A DNA stretch of 64,000 bases from Eutreptiella sp. 'Long Island Sound 2002' (taxonomy: Eukaryota > Protista > Euglenida): NCBI GenBank assembly GCA_964036045.1, contig OZ038379.1, positions 65,286,001 through 65,350,000 on the forward strand. Reading direction: 5' to 3'. A program made the translations under genes and the position numbers. A model generated the notes under the pieces. That model had not been told where the DNA came from, did no database searches, and worked only from the letters and a program-made list of their open reading frames with translations. Below are positions 38,897 to 50,054 of the stretch, in pieces (positions within the stretch are counted from its first letter, which is position 1; each line of letters starts with the position of its first letter).

Positions 38897-40735
38897 GCTC
38901 TACTATCCGCCCCCTTTCCACGGGCCCATTGTTTCAGTTTCTAGCAAACAAGGCTTTTTTGGAAAGGCCCGACCCGTAGCTCTCACCAGAACCTTATTTT
39001 AGGTCATTTGCTCTCACACACACAGAGATTTGGAGGGTCAAAAAGTGCTCTACTATCCGCCCCTTTCCAGGGCCCACTGTTTCAGTCTCTAGCAAACAAG
39101 GCTTTTTTGGAAAGCCCCGACCAGTAGCTCTCACCAGAACTTTATTTTAGGTCACTTGCTCCCTCCCACATAGAGATTTGGAGGCTCAAAAAGTGCTCTA
39201 CCCTCCCCCTTCTAGGGGCCCACTGTTTCAGTTTCTAGCAAACAAGGTTTTTTTGGCAAGCCCCGACCAGTAGCTCTCACCGGAACTTTACTTTAGGTCA
39301 TTTGCTCGCACACACACAGAGATTTGGAGGGTTGAAAAGTGCTCTACTATCCGCCCCCTTCCAGGGGCCCACTGTTTCAGCTTCTAGCAAACAAGGCTTG
39401 TTTGGCAAGCCCTGACCAGTAGCTCTCACTTGTACTTTATTTTAGGTCATTTGCTCACACCGACACAAAGATTTCAAGGCTCAAAAAGTTCTCTACCCTC
39501 CCCTTTCTAGGGGCCCGGTATTTGAGTTTCTAGCAAACAAGGCTTTTTTGGAAAGCCCCGACCATTAGCTCTCACCGGAACTTTATTTTAGGTCATTTGC
39601 TCTCACCCACACCGAGATTTGGAGGGTCGAAAAGTGTTCTACTCTCCGCCCCCTTCAAGGGGCCCACTATTTCAGTTTCTAGCATACAAGGCTTTTTTGG
39701 CAAGCCGTGACCAGTAGCTCTCACCAGAACTTTGTTTTAGGTCATTTGCTCACACCTACATAGAGATCTGGAGGCTTCAAAAGTGCTCTACCCTCCCCCT
39801 TTTTGGGGCCCACTGTTACAGTTTCTAGCAAACAAGGTTTTTTTGGAAAGCCCCGACCAGTAGCTCTCACGAGAACTTTATTTTACGTCATTTGCTCACA
39901 CCCAGAAAGAGATTTGGAGGCTTGAAAAGTGCTCTACTATCCGCTTCTTGTAGGGGCCCACCGTTTCAGTTCTTAGCAAACCAGGCTTTTCTGGAAAGCC
40001 CCGACCAGTAGCTCTCACCAGAACTTTACTTTAGTTCATTTGCTCTCACACACAAAGAAATGTGGAGGCTTGAAAAGTGCTCTACTATCCGTCCCCTTCT
40101 AGGGTCCCACTATTTCAGTTTCTAGCAAACAAGGCTTTTTTGGAAAGACCCGAGCAGTAGCTCTCACCGGAACTTTATTTTAGTTCATTTGCTCACACCC
40201 ACATAGAGATCTGGAGGCTTGAAAACTGCTCTACTATCCGCCCCCTTCCAGGGGCCCACTATTTCAGTTTCTAGCAAACAAGGCTTTTTTGGAAAGCCCC
40301 GACCAGTAGCTCTCACCAAAACTTTATTTTAGGTCATTTGCTCACACCCACAAAGAGATCTAGAGGCTTGGAAAGTGCTCTACTATCCGCCTCTTCCTCA
40401 TCAAGCATCTCGAGGGACGAGTCACTACTACTACTACTAATACGAGCTCTACTATCCGCCCCCTTACAGGGGCCCACTGTTTCAGTTCTTAGCAAACAAG
40501 GCTCTTTTGGAAAGCCCCGACCAGTAGCTCTCACCAGAACTTCATTTCAGGTCATTTGCTCACACCTACATAGAGATCCGGAGGCTCGAAAAGTGCTCTA
40601 CTATTCGCCCCCTTCCAGGGGCCCACTGTTACAATTTCTAGCAAACAAGGCTTTTTTGGAAAGCCCCGACCAGTAGCTCTCACCAGAACTTTATTTTAGT
40701 TCATTTGCTCGCACCCACTCAAAGATCTAGAGGCT
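38897..40735. repeat. ~148-150-bp satellite, ~12 copies
   Basis: The unit ctctactatccgccccttccaggggcccactgtttcagtttctagcaaacaaggcttttttggaaagccccgaccagtagctctcaccagaactttattttaggtcatttgctcacac...gagatttggaggct.gaaaagtg restarts about every 148-150 bp (38897, 39047, 39197 ... 40597). Confidence 0.97.
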
Positions 40736-42109
40736 GTCCTCACAGACATCGAATGGCCTTTTCACCTTGGCCTCTTTCAACCAAGTCACTATGTCGCTCT
40801 AGGTCCACTTTGACTCGCGAATGGATACAAGTAGTGGACTTGTATTGTACACCGTAAGAAGTTTCATGTTTACAGGGCGTTGTCTTGCCCACTGAACATT
40901 CACATTTCAAGCTTAAGTGAATAGTCATGCTTGTCTTTTTGTGTGGTTCTTTGCTGAGGTGTGGGATTTGGGAACCAAGAACCGTGTAGTTCCTTATACA
41001 AAAAACCAATGGAAAAACGCCTAGAAGTTTTTTGAAATCCCCGGGAAAGATGCTAGGAAGGTTTGGCAGCCAGATGCGGTCCCAAAACGCAACCCCATCG
41101 GTAGGAATGTTCCATGGACTTCCCAGCCGACCGTGCCGGGGGAGCTCGGAAGAAATTTTGGCTGGGACTTCCAAAATCAACCTTGCAATATGAGTCCCAT
41201 TTGCTGAGCATAAATGCTGAGCATCCCCAAATATCCTGAGCAATATGCTCAACATTTTCCTGCCATTTTTTACCTTCTATGCTGTGCGTTCCAACACCAT
41301 GTGACATTGCCGTAAGCTCCACTCTCTTGTGGGATTTTGGGCATTGTTTTACCTTTCTCATGGACATCATATCCCCTTTGAGTCTCCACCACACAATGCC
41401 CATGCCTTGTAGTAGCAGAGGGACCATGAAGCCTCCTTGCCGCCATTGTTGGCATTCGGTCAGTGTGGCAAGCACATGTGGCCTTAGTAGAGGGTGGAGA
41501 GGGTCTTTCTAGGGTCGAGAAGGATTTTGTTGGCGAGGGGCTTGGGGTGTCTGTGGGCCCTCCGTTGCAACTAATCTTGGGGGGTTTGCCGGTTCTCAGT
41601 GTCCTTGGCTTGTTGTCCTGGCGGCGCTTATGGTCCATGTCGCAACGGTGGCCCGTACCTTCCATGAAGGCGTCCATGGTACGCTTTCACACTAGTAGTG
41701 GGAGGGTTTACACGCTTGTCATCAACGAACCCCCCCCCCCCCCCGCCCCCCCAACACACACATTTTGTTAGCACTCCATTTTTGTTGACACCCTAGTTTT
41801 GCTGACACTTTTGCCGCCGGAACAATCGACCCACAACTCCCAACATGGAACGTCACACAACGGTGAAACAGCACATTCCGCAGAATCTTGTCGCATCACA
41901 GGACTTTAGTTTGTGCTCATGTGCTCAAAGAATGTCTTCAAAGATACTTGCTTGGGTAAACAATGCTTTTTGAACAATGGTTCACCATCATTCTAATGTC
42001 GGTGGTTAGCATTCACATGTTGTGGGCGTAGCACAAAAAAGCACATGTCCAAACCATGCATTTTGTGAATGCCAATGGTTTGTTAACACTTCAACGCCTC
42101 GCATAGTTG

Positions 42110-45100
42110 GCTCATGTTTCGTTGACAGTAGCAAAGGGGGAGCACTTGCACGCGGCGCATAAATTTAGCCTTCTGGGTTGACCACGTAGATGCAGCTCTT
42201 GCCCCGGGGGCCACTTGTCTAGGGGGTTTGAGGTCTTGATACTCTTGAATTTAAGTACTTCACCAGGTTTGTCCATCAAACCGTCCATGCTTTCAGCGCC
42301 AAATCGTGCAAGACGAGGCGCTATACTAATGTCGTTTTTTGCTCTTTGAAGACCATGTCCTCGAAGCTTAGCCTCAGTGTGTGGTACCCAAGGGTTATTT
42401 CTCCTTAGAGGGCACTTTGGGAGGGGTGTCAAAGCCAGCCCCTTACACGTCAACATGTCGGAAAAGTAGCGCGCGGCACGCGCGGCGCAGATACTCCCCC
42501 AATACACTTTCGAGGGGGCCGGGGGGGTAGGGCACGCCGTCTTGTAGAAATGGGCGCCAGAAAGGGTGCATTGTGGATGTCAAGCGGTGCTTGGTGCTCC
42601 CAAGAGCGTGTGCGCACTCTATGTGTGCAAACTTAGAGCGTATTAATGTTGCTAGCCCTGCATGCCCTGTCATACGTGGATCATTCTGTGCCCTTCAACT
42701 AGTGAATAGGGTTGGTTCTCGGGTACACCCTCCCACCCCAGGACACTACGAGTTGGTAGGAGTCCACCCCGTGGGATGTGAGCTAGGTGGGATGCATGTG
42801 ATGTTTCTTTCGGGATTGGGTGTGGGGCTTGGCTTGCCCGGAGCCATGGCGGTTCAATGACAACGAAAAGCGGGGTGTGGTAGTTGAATTTGACAGATAC
42901 TACCCATTAGCAGTACAAGCAAAATACCAAGCTTGTGTCCGCATGGCATGCTATGATATCGAGCTTACTACTCGACCCTTGGTACCAAGGGTGGTTGTCC
43001 ATAGGGACTGGATGTAGGTCTACCATGGTGAAATTGTCGACCAACCGGGGGTATCTAGAGTTCATCGGGTGAGTTAGTTGCAATCCTCCGGCACTACCAA
43101 GTTCCTATGTGCTGGCATGCTAGAGATGGGGTCTACAACCTTGCAGACTGGTTGCCAAAGGTCTGCTCACTTCTCAACACATAGCCTTGGCCTTTGCCAA
43201 CGACAGTTTGAAGGAGGCTAACTTGCCATCTGCAACGGGCGCATGTAGCCCTTCCAAGCACGTTGTACCCCAACGGCACTAGGGGTGATGATGAGCACCC
43301 TCCATGTACCCCACACAGCCTCGGCGACCAAGATGGGGGTGAGCTAGATCGGGGGAGGGAGGTATTGCCGGGGAGAGGTTGAGGTGGCACCCTCCTGGGC
43401 AAGTGTTACTAGATTCAAGCTCAAAGCGCTACACCATGGTGTGGAGCATACCTAGGCCCCATAACCATGGCTAAAGGGAGGGGGTGGGTGGCATCCTACG
43501 CACACTAGCAACAGCGGCCCAATATGTGGGGGCATACAAAGCAACCCATAGCAGTGGCACCATTTCTAATGCGCGTCCAATGCGTCCAATTTATCTTGGA
43601 GGCTCAACAACATGGAGAGGTGTGCGTGTTCAAGCAAGGCAACATTCTATGGGGAAGGCGCGGGGATGCGTGGGCTTGCAAGATGCAAATCTGTGCATAG
43701 ACAGCTAGTGCCAATGGCGATTCCGGGAAGAGGACACAGATGCCCGTTGTCGGGTGGTTTGCAATCCAAAGATTTGCAACATGGCGGGGAAGCAAGGCAA
43801 GGTGGCCCTCCTCCGGTCCTCAAGCAACCGGACTAGCTCATCCCAGAGGCTAGCATCATGGTCTCCTCCTATATGTCCACGCTTGAACCCACATCTTTCT
43901 AGGACACTACTACGGCCACTTTGTACAAGCAAGCTCTTGAGGGGCAATACTGCCGGGGTCATGCGGGCATCTCCCTCCATGAGGCTGCCCACATCGTCCA
44001 CATGACCATTGGCACGGCCAAACTATGACGGCAAGGTGTTGGACATCCTTATGTTAGATGCCATCACCCAAGACATCCACACCATCGCGGGAGCCCATGT
44101 GGGTCTTGGGGACTTGGCCCACCCGCTCACATCCAGGACTCGGCCAACACCATCAATGTGGGAAGGTGGGGGGCATTACATTGAGCCTGTGCTAGGAGGC
44201 AGTTGTGGAGGTATCTACCCTGGATGTTGAACCCTAGGTACCCAAGGGGTGTTCCCTGGGGGGCTCCTCCAAGAGGACCTCAATTCTGGGCCTCCAGCCT
44301 CAACATGTAGTCTCTTTTCAAAGGGCATTGAAGACTAGGATGTGGGTCTTGGTTGGTTTTGTCCCCTCCAGCTTCAGTTGCGGCCGGTTTCCCCACGGCT
44401 AGTTCCGTATAGCCTTGGCCTTTGCCCCTCATGATTGAAGGGAGCTAACTTGCCAGCCTACGATTGGGACGCGTAAACCTTCCCGGCCATGCATCACCCA
44501 TGCTAGTCCTGATGACACAGGGAATGTGTCCCAGTGGCGCAATGGGTGATGGTGAGTGGGTTGGGCCGGGGTTTGCCCATCGAGGCTGGCCCGTGGCTGC
44601 TGAGGGTGTCAAGACATCTTTGGAGGGGGGACACCCAGGCCACACCAGGCTCCCTTTGGGGTGATGTTGCGAGTGAAGGGCAGTAACTATCACACCACAG
44701 GCCCCTTCTGCCACCCTTGCTGTCCCGTAGGTCAAGTAGTTGTTGGTACCTGATGGGGTGTGTTCCACGGCGACACCCACTGCACCCGCGATCCCTGGAT
44801 TTGGCGCGCTGCCGGGACTGCCAACGTGTTACCCTCTGCTCCATTGGCCCGATGACCTGCTGCAAACCTCGGCCCACCAGTGGGACATGGGTCTCCTCCT
44901 TCTCACCCTTGATCTGCTCTTGCTTGAGGACAAGGTATTCTTGCAGCCGCCGCTTCAGCGCCTTCAAAGTCCCCTCATCGTTTGGCGGCCCCTGGGGAGT
45001 ACAGTGCCGTGATATTCTTCAATCCGAAGCCCGTAGTGCCGGTGTAATGCGGGGCCGCCCACCTCTTCTCCACTGTGTCCCAGTACATCACGAGGGGGTA

Positions 45101-45850
45101 GCTGTGCTGGTCTGATGTCCCCAACGCCCCAGGCACTGCTGTTCTTGTACCGGCCTTGGACCATCAGCGACGGCCGGATGTAGATTGGCAGCTTGAACTC
45201 CTTCAGCTCAATGGTGGCTTGCTTCACCAAGGCCCTGCCCCTGCTTTCGCGAGGCGGCTCGCTTAGTTCCACGAAAGTGAAGACGGCCACCTTCCTATCC
45301 CTAGGGTTCATGCTGGCTTGCACCATTTCCTCCTTCCTCATTTGCCCAACCCTTGGGGGCAACCCCAGCACCCGCAGTGGGTTGGCGCAGTGGACCCACC
45401 CTGTCGCATCGATAGTGTCCGCGATGCGCTGGGGCAGGGCGACCTTCGGCTTCTTTGGGGGCTGGCCCTCTTCAGCACCCAACGCAGACTTGGGGACCTT
45501 GGGTTCCTCGGCCGCTTCTTCTGGGGATGCGGCCTGGGGTGGGGCCTTGGGTGGGGCCTTCGGGGCTGCCTTCGGTTGGGCCTCTTGCGGGGCTGCCTTC
45601 AGTTGGGCAGCAAGCTGCTGGGGGGGCTGTCGCAGGTGAGGTTGGCATTGCACAGGTTGGGCCGAGCTGGCAACTGGGGAGAGGGATGCTGGGGTTCCAG
45701 GCGTGTGGCTCCTGAGCCCTGGCGCGCTTGGAGGCCGGGCAAGGTTTGTGTGGAGGTGCCCTCTGGAGGCTTTTGGGGCCACCAGGCTTATTGTCTGGGC
45801 GACCCAGGGTGGAGATTCCTTGGGGGCATCCCTGTGCAACCCAGCCCCCA
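42110..45850 (-). mobile_element. Decayed non-LTR retrotransposon of a different lineage: ORF1 (RRM-like plus Cys/His) followed by APE and the start of RT
   Basis: On the minus strand, the ORF1-like frame reads LRVLGLPP...VAVFTFV and CSGCRRGTH (45600-44750). APE-like motifs are GYLGFNIQG...LMVLAESW (~44245-44140), GHIGGDHDA (~43878-43852) and HTMV*RFEL (~43440). Possible RT start at AESMDGL...KTSNPLDKWPP (~42300). Many stops and frameshifts. Confidence 0.6.
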
Positions 45851-46088
45851 ATTCGGCGGCCGAATTCGGCCCATTTCGCCGATTTGTTCTGCCGATTTGT
45901 TGGTTTTCTGAATTCCTCCGATTTGTTCTGCCAATGTGTGGGGTTTCCGTGATGTGGCCGATTCGTTCTGCCAACTTGTTGGGGCTTCTGGGATTCTAGG
46001 ACACCTGATTTGGAGGCCTCACTCTAAGATGTGCATCATTTTCTTTGGGACACTGGATAATACCTTTTCTTTCTATATTGGTGTTCAG

Positions 46089-47712
46089 ATTGGCACCATG
46101 AACTGTTTTTACTGCCCACACAAAGACGCGTCTGTGGTCCCCTGGGATTCATTGTCCCCTGATGATCAAAGTTTTCTGTGGGACAAGTACCTTGTGTGCC
46201 TGTTGGGTTTCGGGCTTTGGGCGCGGTCATGCCTGGTGCAGCTTCAATCACATGATCAGAGGTGCTCCGGAGCCCTCCAGGTATGCAGGGCAGCCTGAGA
46301 CTGCTTGAGAGGTAAGGGTAGGTGGGTGCAGTCTATATGTCAAGACTAGTGGTGGATGCAGTTGTGTCACATCCCATTCCACCCCACCCTACTCCTTATT
46401 GCGTACCCTTCATAGGATTGGTGAAGACTGCATCCCAGTATCTGCGGCACTACAACAATGTTTCTTACGACTACATGGACTGTGCTGGCCTTGAGGTATG
46501 TTGTTTTGTTGCATTTCATTTGCTTCTCCTTTCTGCCACGATGCACTAATGGGTGCTGCTAAAGTGCGTTTTCCTGCTAGGCAACTGTGTTGCTGATTTG
46601 CTGTTAATTGCCTGCTCAGCTTGCTGAATAGCTGCATGATGGGGGCGTTTGGATGCAGTGTGTGGGTTCTCTTGTTCCTCCAATTAGAAGTGTGGCTGTC
46701 CACAAAATATTTGGCCATCTCAATTTTCGTCAAATGGCAATCTTTGCGGCCATTGTGTGTGTGTGTGTGTGTGTGCAGCCGTGACTGAGCCATTCCCAAG
46801 ACAACATGCCACGCTCTTGCTTGTGCCATTAAAATGCATATGCTGTGTGGGCGGTAGCAGAGTAAATGGTGCTGGGGGAATGCCTGGGTGGGAACTTGGC
46901 TGTTGCCGTACCCCCCCCTCCCCTTGCAATCTCCCACCCCTTGCCATCCCCCCCCCCCCCCCGAGACCGTCACTTTCATGTTTTTCGAGTTAACATCTAT
47001 TGCGGTAGCTTGTGTTGCCCATCTGCCTTACACATTGCATTGCATTGCTTTCCTATTACTTCAAATCAATCACCTGTGTGTGTTCTGTGATACTGTCTCT
47101 CCAAAGGCGTTGTATGTGTGTGTTGTGTTGCTATTTCAGACCCAAGATGGGTGGTCTCCTGGTGACCGTGTATGGTACCACTCACGCATACTTGGTGCAC
47201 ATGTGTTGACCACTGTCGTGGGCCCTTCACCGAATGGGCCACAGTTTTGCCACATTCGGTACATACGCCCCGGTTGTGTGTTGGATGAATCACACTGGCA
47301 CTGCATCAATACAACAGTTGCTTCGCCTGTGTTCTCTTTGCTTGCATCGGCGGAGGGTACCCCAGTTTGCCTTGAAATACCCTTGCAACCCCCCCCCCCC
47401 CCCGGGAGACCGTCACTTTGTGACCGTCCCCTCCCCCGAACTGTCGCGCGCTAACAGGGGAGATTGCATTGCAAGGGGGGCGGGGTAGCCAAATCTGAGT
47501 GCCCTTCCCAATCTGATTCCCGTGGCTGTTCTGCCGAGCCCATAGGACAGCCCTGTTTGGTGCTTCAAGCTGAGCCTGTTGATGACAATCGATTCCTGCT
47601 ATACGACTATTCATACGAAAAGGCCCCTATTGGTGTTGAACATGCTGATTGTTGGACGATCCGATCCAGTTCATGGGGATTTACATTTAGCCGCCACCTA
47701 TGTTCGCCAGAA
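46089..47712 (+). CDS. Candidate exons (46089-46280, 46416-46495, 47551-~47712) of a host gene
   Basis: Canonical pyrimidine tracts with AG acceptors and gtatgc/gtatgt donors. The peptides are IGTMNCFYCPHKDASVVPWDSLSPDDQSFLWDK..., LVKTASQYLRHYNNVSYDYMDCAGLE and PCLVLQAEPVDDNRFLLYDYSYEKAPIGVEHADCWTIRSSSWGFTFSRHLC. The second and third join in phase; the first-to-second phase is unresolved. Confidence 0.4.
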
Positions 47713-48560
47713 TGTGTGTGGGGGGGGGGCGTTGTAAGCAGATGAAAGAGGGCAAAACGTCGTCACCTGAAAATGATAAAAATGCCCGGCAGGCACGTTA
47801 GGTCTGACGGATTGTGTATGTTGTAATTCGGGTAATTTTTTTTTGCGGTAAATGCGTGTAACAAAAAAATCATCTAGTTGTCTATTTTTTTTTTGCGGTA
47901 AGTTGTGTAAGCCGGCCGATGTGCCCACCTGTGGCCACGTATTGGCCGCTAGGCCTATGTAGCCCGTGCCATGTGCCCTCCGGGCGCCCCAAAATTGTTG
48001 TTGTGCAGGCTATTTAGTGGCACCTGCAAAAATTTTCACATTTCGACTTTTTCCGAAACCCTTCTGTTGCCCCTAGGTTGGGTTTGGGTGATCATTTGGT
48101 GACAATACGGGTACTTGAGCGCCCATGGGACACGTACTGGCCACTGGGCCCATCTAGCCCGAGCCATGGGCCCCCCAAAAGCTTCGAAATTGTTGTTTGT
48201 AGGTGGTTCAATGGCATTTGGTGTGTGCACAAACTGCTTAAGCAGTTTTCCACCCTCTACAGGTGAAAAATGGAAAATTTTGCAAAAAAATTTCGATATT
48301 GTGACCAGTCACAATGATGAAATATGCTGTGTAAAGCATGTTTTAGCCCCTCTTTATGTGTTTTTCACCCTATTTGGGTGTTGGGGGGGGGGGGGGGGGC
48401 TCCCAAGGGGTCTAGTGCACAACCTGCTTATGTAGTTTACCAGCCTCGGCAACTCAAAAATGGAAACTTCCAAAACTTGATTTTTTTTATTTTCTTACCA
48501 TCCAAAATGATCAAATATCCTATGTAAAGCATGTTTTAGCCCCTCTTCATGTGTTTTTCA

Positions 48561-49654
48561 GCCGGAGGCCCCCGCGGGCGCCACCCCGAAGCGTCCCGCT
48601 CGCGGTGCCACAGCTCAGCCGCCTGCCTGGCGCCGGCAGCGGCACACAGGGCGCGCTTTGCTTGGAACCTTGGGCGCTGTCTTGCGCCCGGTGCAGAAGC
48701 ATGGGCTCGGGCATCAGCCGTTGCTGCCGGGCGGGCCACAAAGGCCACACCGGCTCGTCGGCGGGCCCAAGGTGCCCGAGAGTCCTCCCGGATCGCGGCG
48801 GGACGCCAGGTGCCCGTCCCGGAGGCCCAACGCGCGGGAGCGGCCGCGTTGTTCTCCTGGCTCGGGCGGGCCCGCCCGGTTTCCCGGGCCCTCCCGAGCT
48901 CGAGCCCTCCGGCGACACGCCGGTGCACGGCGCCGCCCAGGACGCTGGGTACTCGCCCCTCCTCCACCTTGGGGCCCGACGACCCCAGGACCGCGAAACG
49001 CCAGGCGCCTAACCGGGCTAACCTGGAGGGCCCGGGGCGAGTGGGGCCACAGCTAACGGGCGGGCGGGGGTAGCAAATCCCTTCTCACCCCCGGCCAGCA
49101 CGGGGGGACGACAGCCCAGCGCCGGTCCCCGCGTCCGCCTCCGCCACCACGTGGGCCACGGGGGCACTGTCTGCACCGCGGGACCCCCCCCCCCCCCCAC
49201 GATCCCCCCCACCAGAGCGGCCCCCCTCATCGCTCCCTGATGTTTTCAGCCGCATTTCAGCGGCCCTAAGCAGCCGGGCGTTGCCGCGGCGGCGATCCGA
49301 CCCCGGGGTCGGCGGCGGCCTTGGCCGAAGGCCACCAGGTCAGTGGCGGACATGTTCCGCGCACGCCCTCCCCACACACACACAGCGGTTGACGCAGCCG
49401 GGGGGAGCTCCTCTGACCCAATGGCGGCCTCGAGCGCCTCCCCCCCCCCCCCCGGTCCACACTGCCGCAGCGGCGGCAGCACGGTAGGGCCGGCACGGCA
49501 GAGACCTAGTCCCCTCTGGCTCCTCCCTCTCACCCGCCGTGCGGACGCAGGCGGGGGGCTTGTAGGGGAGGCCACGGGCGCTTGAACTCGACTCGGCCCA
49601 CCTCTCCTCCCCTCTGCCTCTGTACATAGGCCAGCGGACGCTAATAGACGAATG
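48561..49654 (+). mobile_element. Heavily 5'-truncated copy (3' end only) of the same LINE family
   Basis: Encodes CLEPWALSCARCRSMGSGISRCCRAGHKGH, homologous to the C-terminal Cys/His cluster of both long copies, and shares the 3'-terminal cctctgtaca.aggc...aat sequence. Flanked by ccctcttcatgtgtttttca (48541-48560) and ccctctttatgtggttttca (49655-49674). Confidence 0.85.
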
Positions 49655-50054
49655 CCCTCTTTATGTGGTTTTCACCCTATTTGGGTGTTGGGGGGGGGGG
49701 GGCTCTCAAGGGGTTCAGGGCACAACCTGCTTATGTAGTTTACCAGCCTCGGCAGCTCGAAAATGGAAATTTCCGAAACTGATCCTTTTGATACTCTGAC
49801 AATCCAAAATGAGCAAATATCCTATGTAAAGCATGTTTTAGCCCCTCTTTATGTGTTTTTCACCCCATTTGGGTGTTCGGGGGGGGGGGGGGGGTCCCAA
49901 GGGGTCTAGGGCACAACCTGCTTATCCAGTTTACCACCCTCAGCAACTCAAAAAATGGAAATTTCCAAGACTGATTTTTTAATATTCTTACCATCCAAAA
50001 ATGATCAAATATCCTATGTGAAGCATGTTTTGGCCCCTCTTTATGTGTTTTTCA

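Noticed and set aside
38897-40735. Regular repeats as a CRISPR array
   Set aside because: The whole ~148-bp unit repeats with no unique spacers, there are no cas genes, and the context is eukaryotic.
47874-47900. agttgtctattttttttttgcggta resembles the euglenid spliced-leader end (GTGTCTATTTTTTTTCG|GT)
   Set aside because: The match is only ~12 nt and mostly poly-T, it lies inside a dispersed repeat, and the 5' part of the leader and an Sm-site context are absent.
49235-49262. Internal tgttttcagcc motif as a possible fourth satellite insertion junction
   Set aside because: The same motif is present at the homologous position of the long copy (~55518-55540), so it is part of the element and not target DNA.
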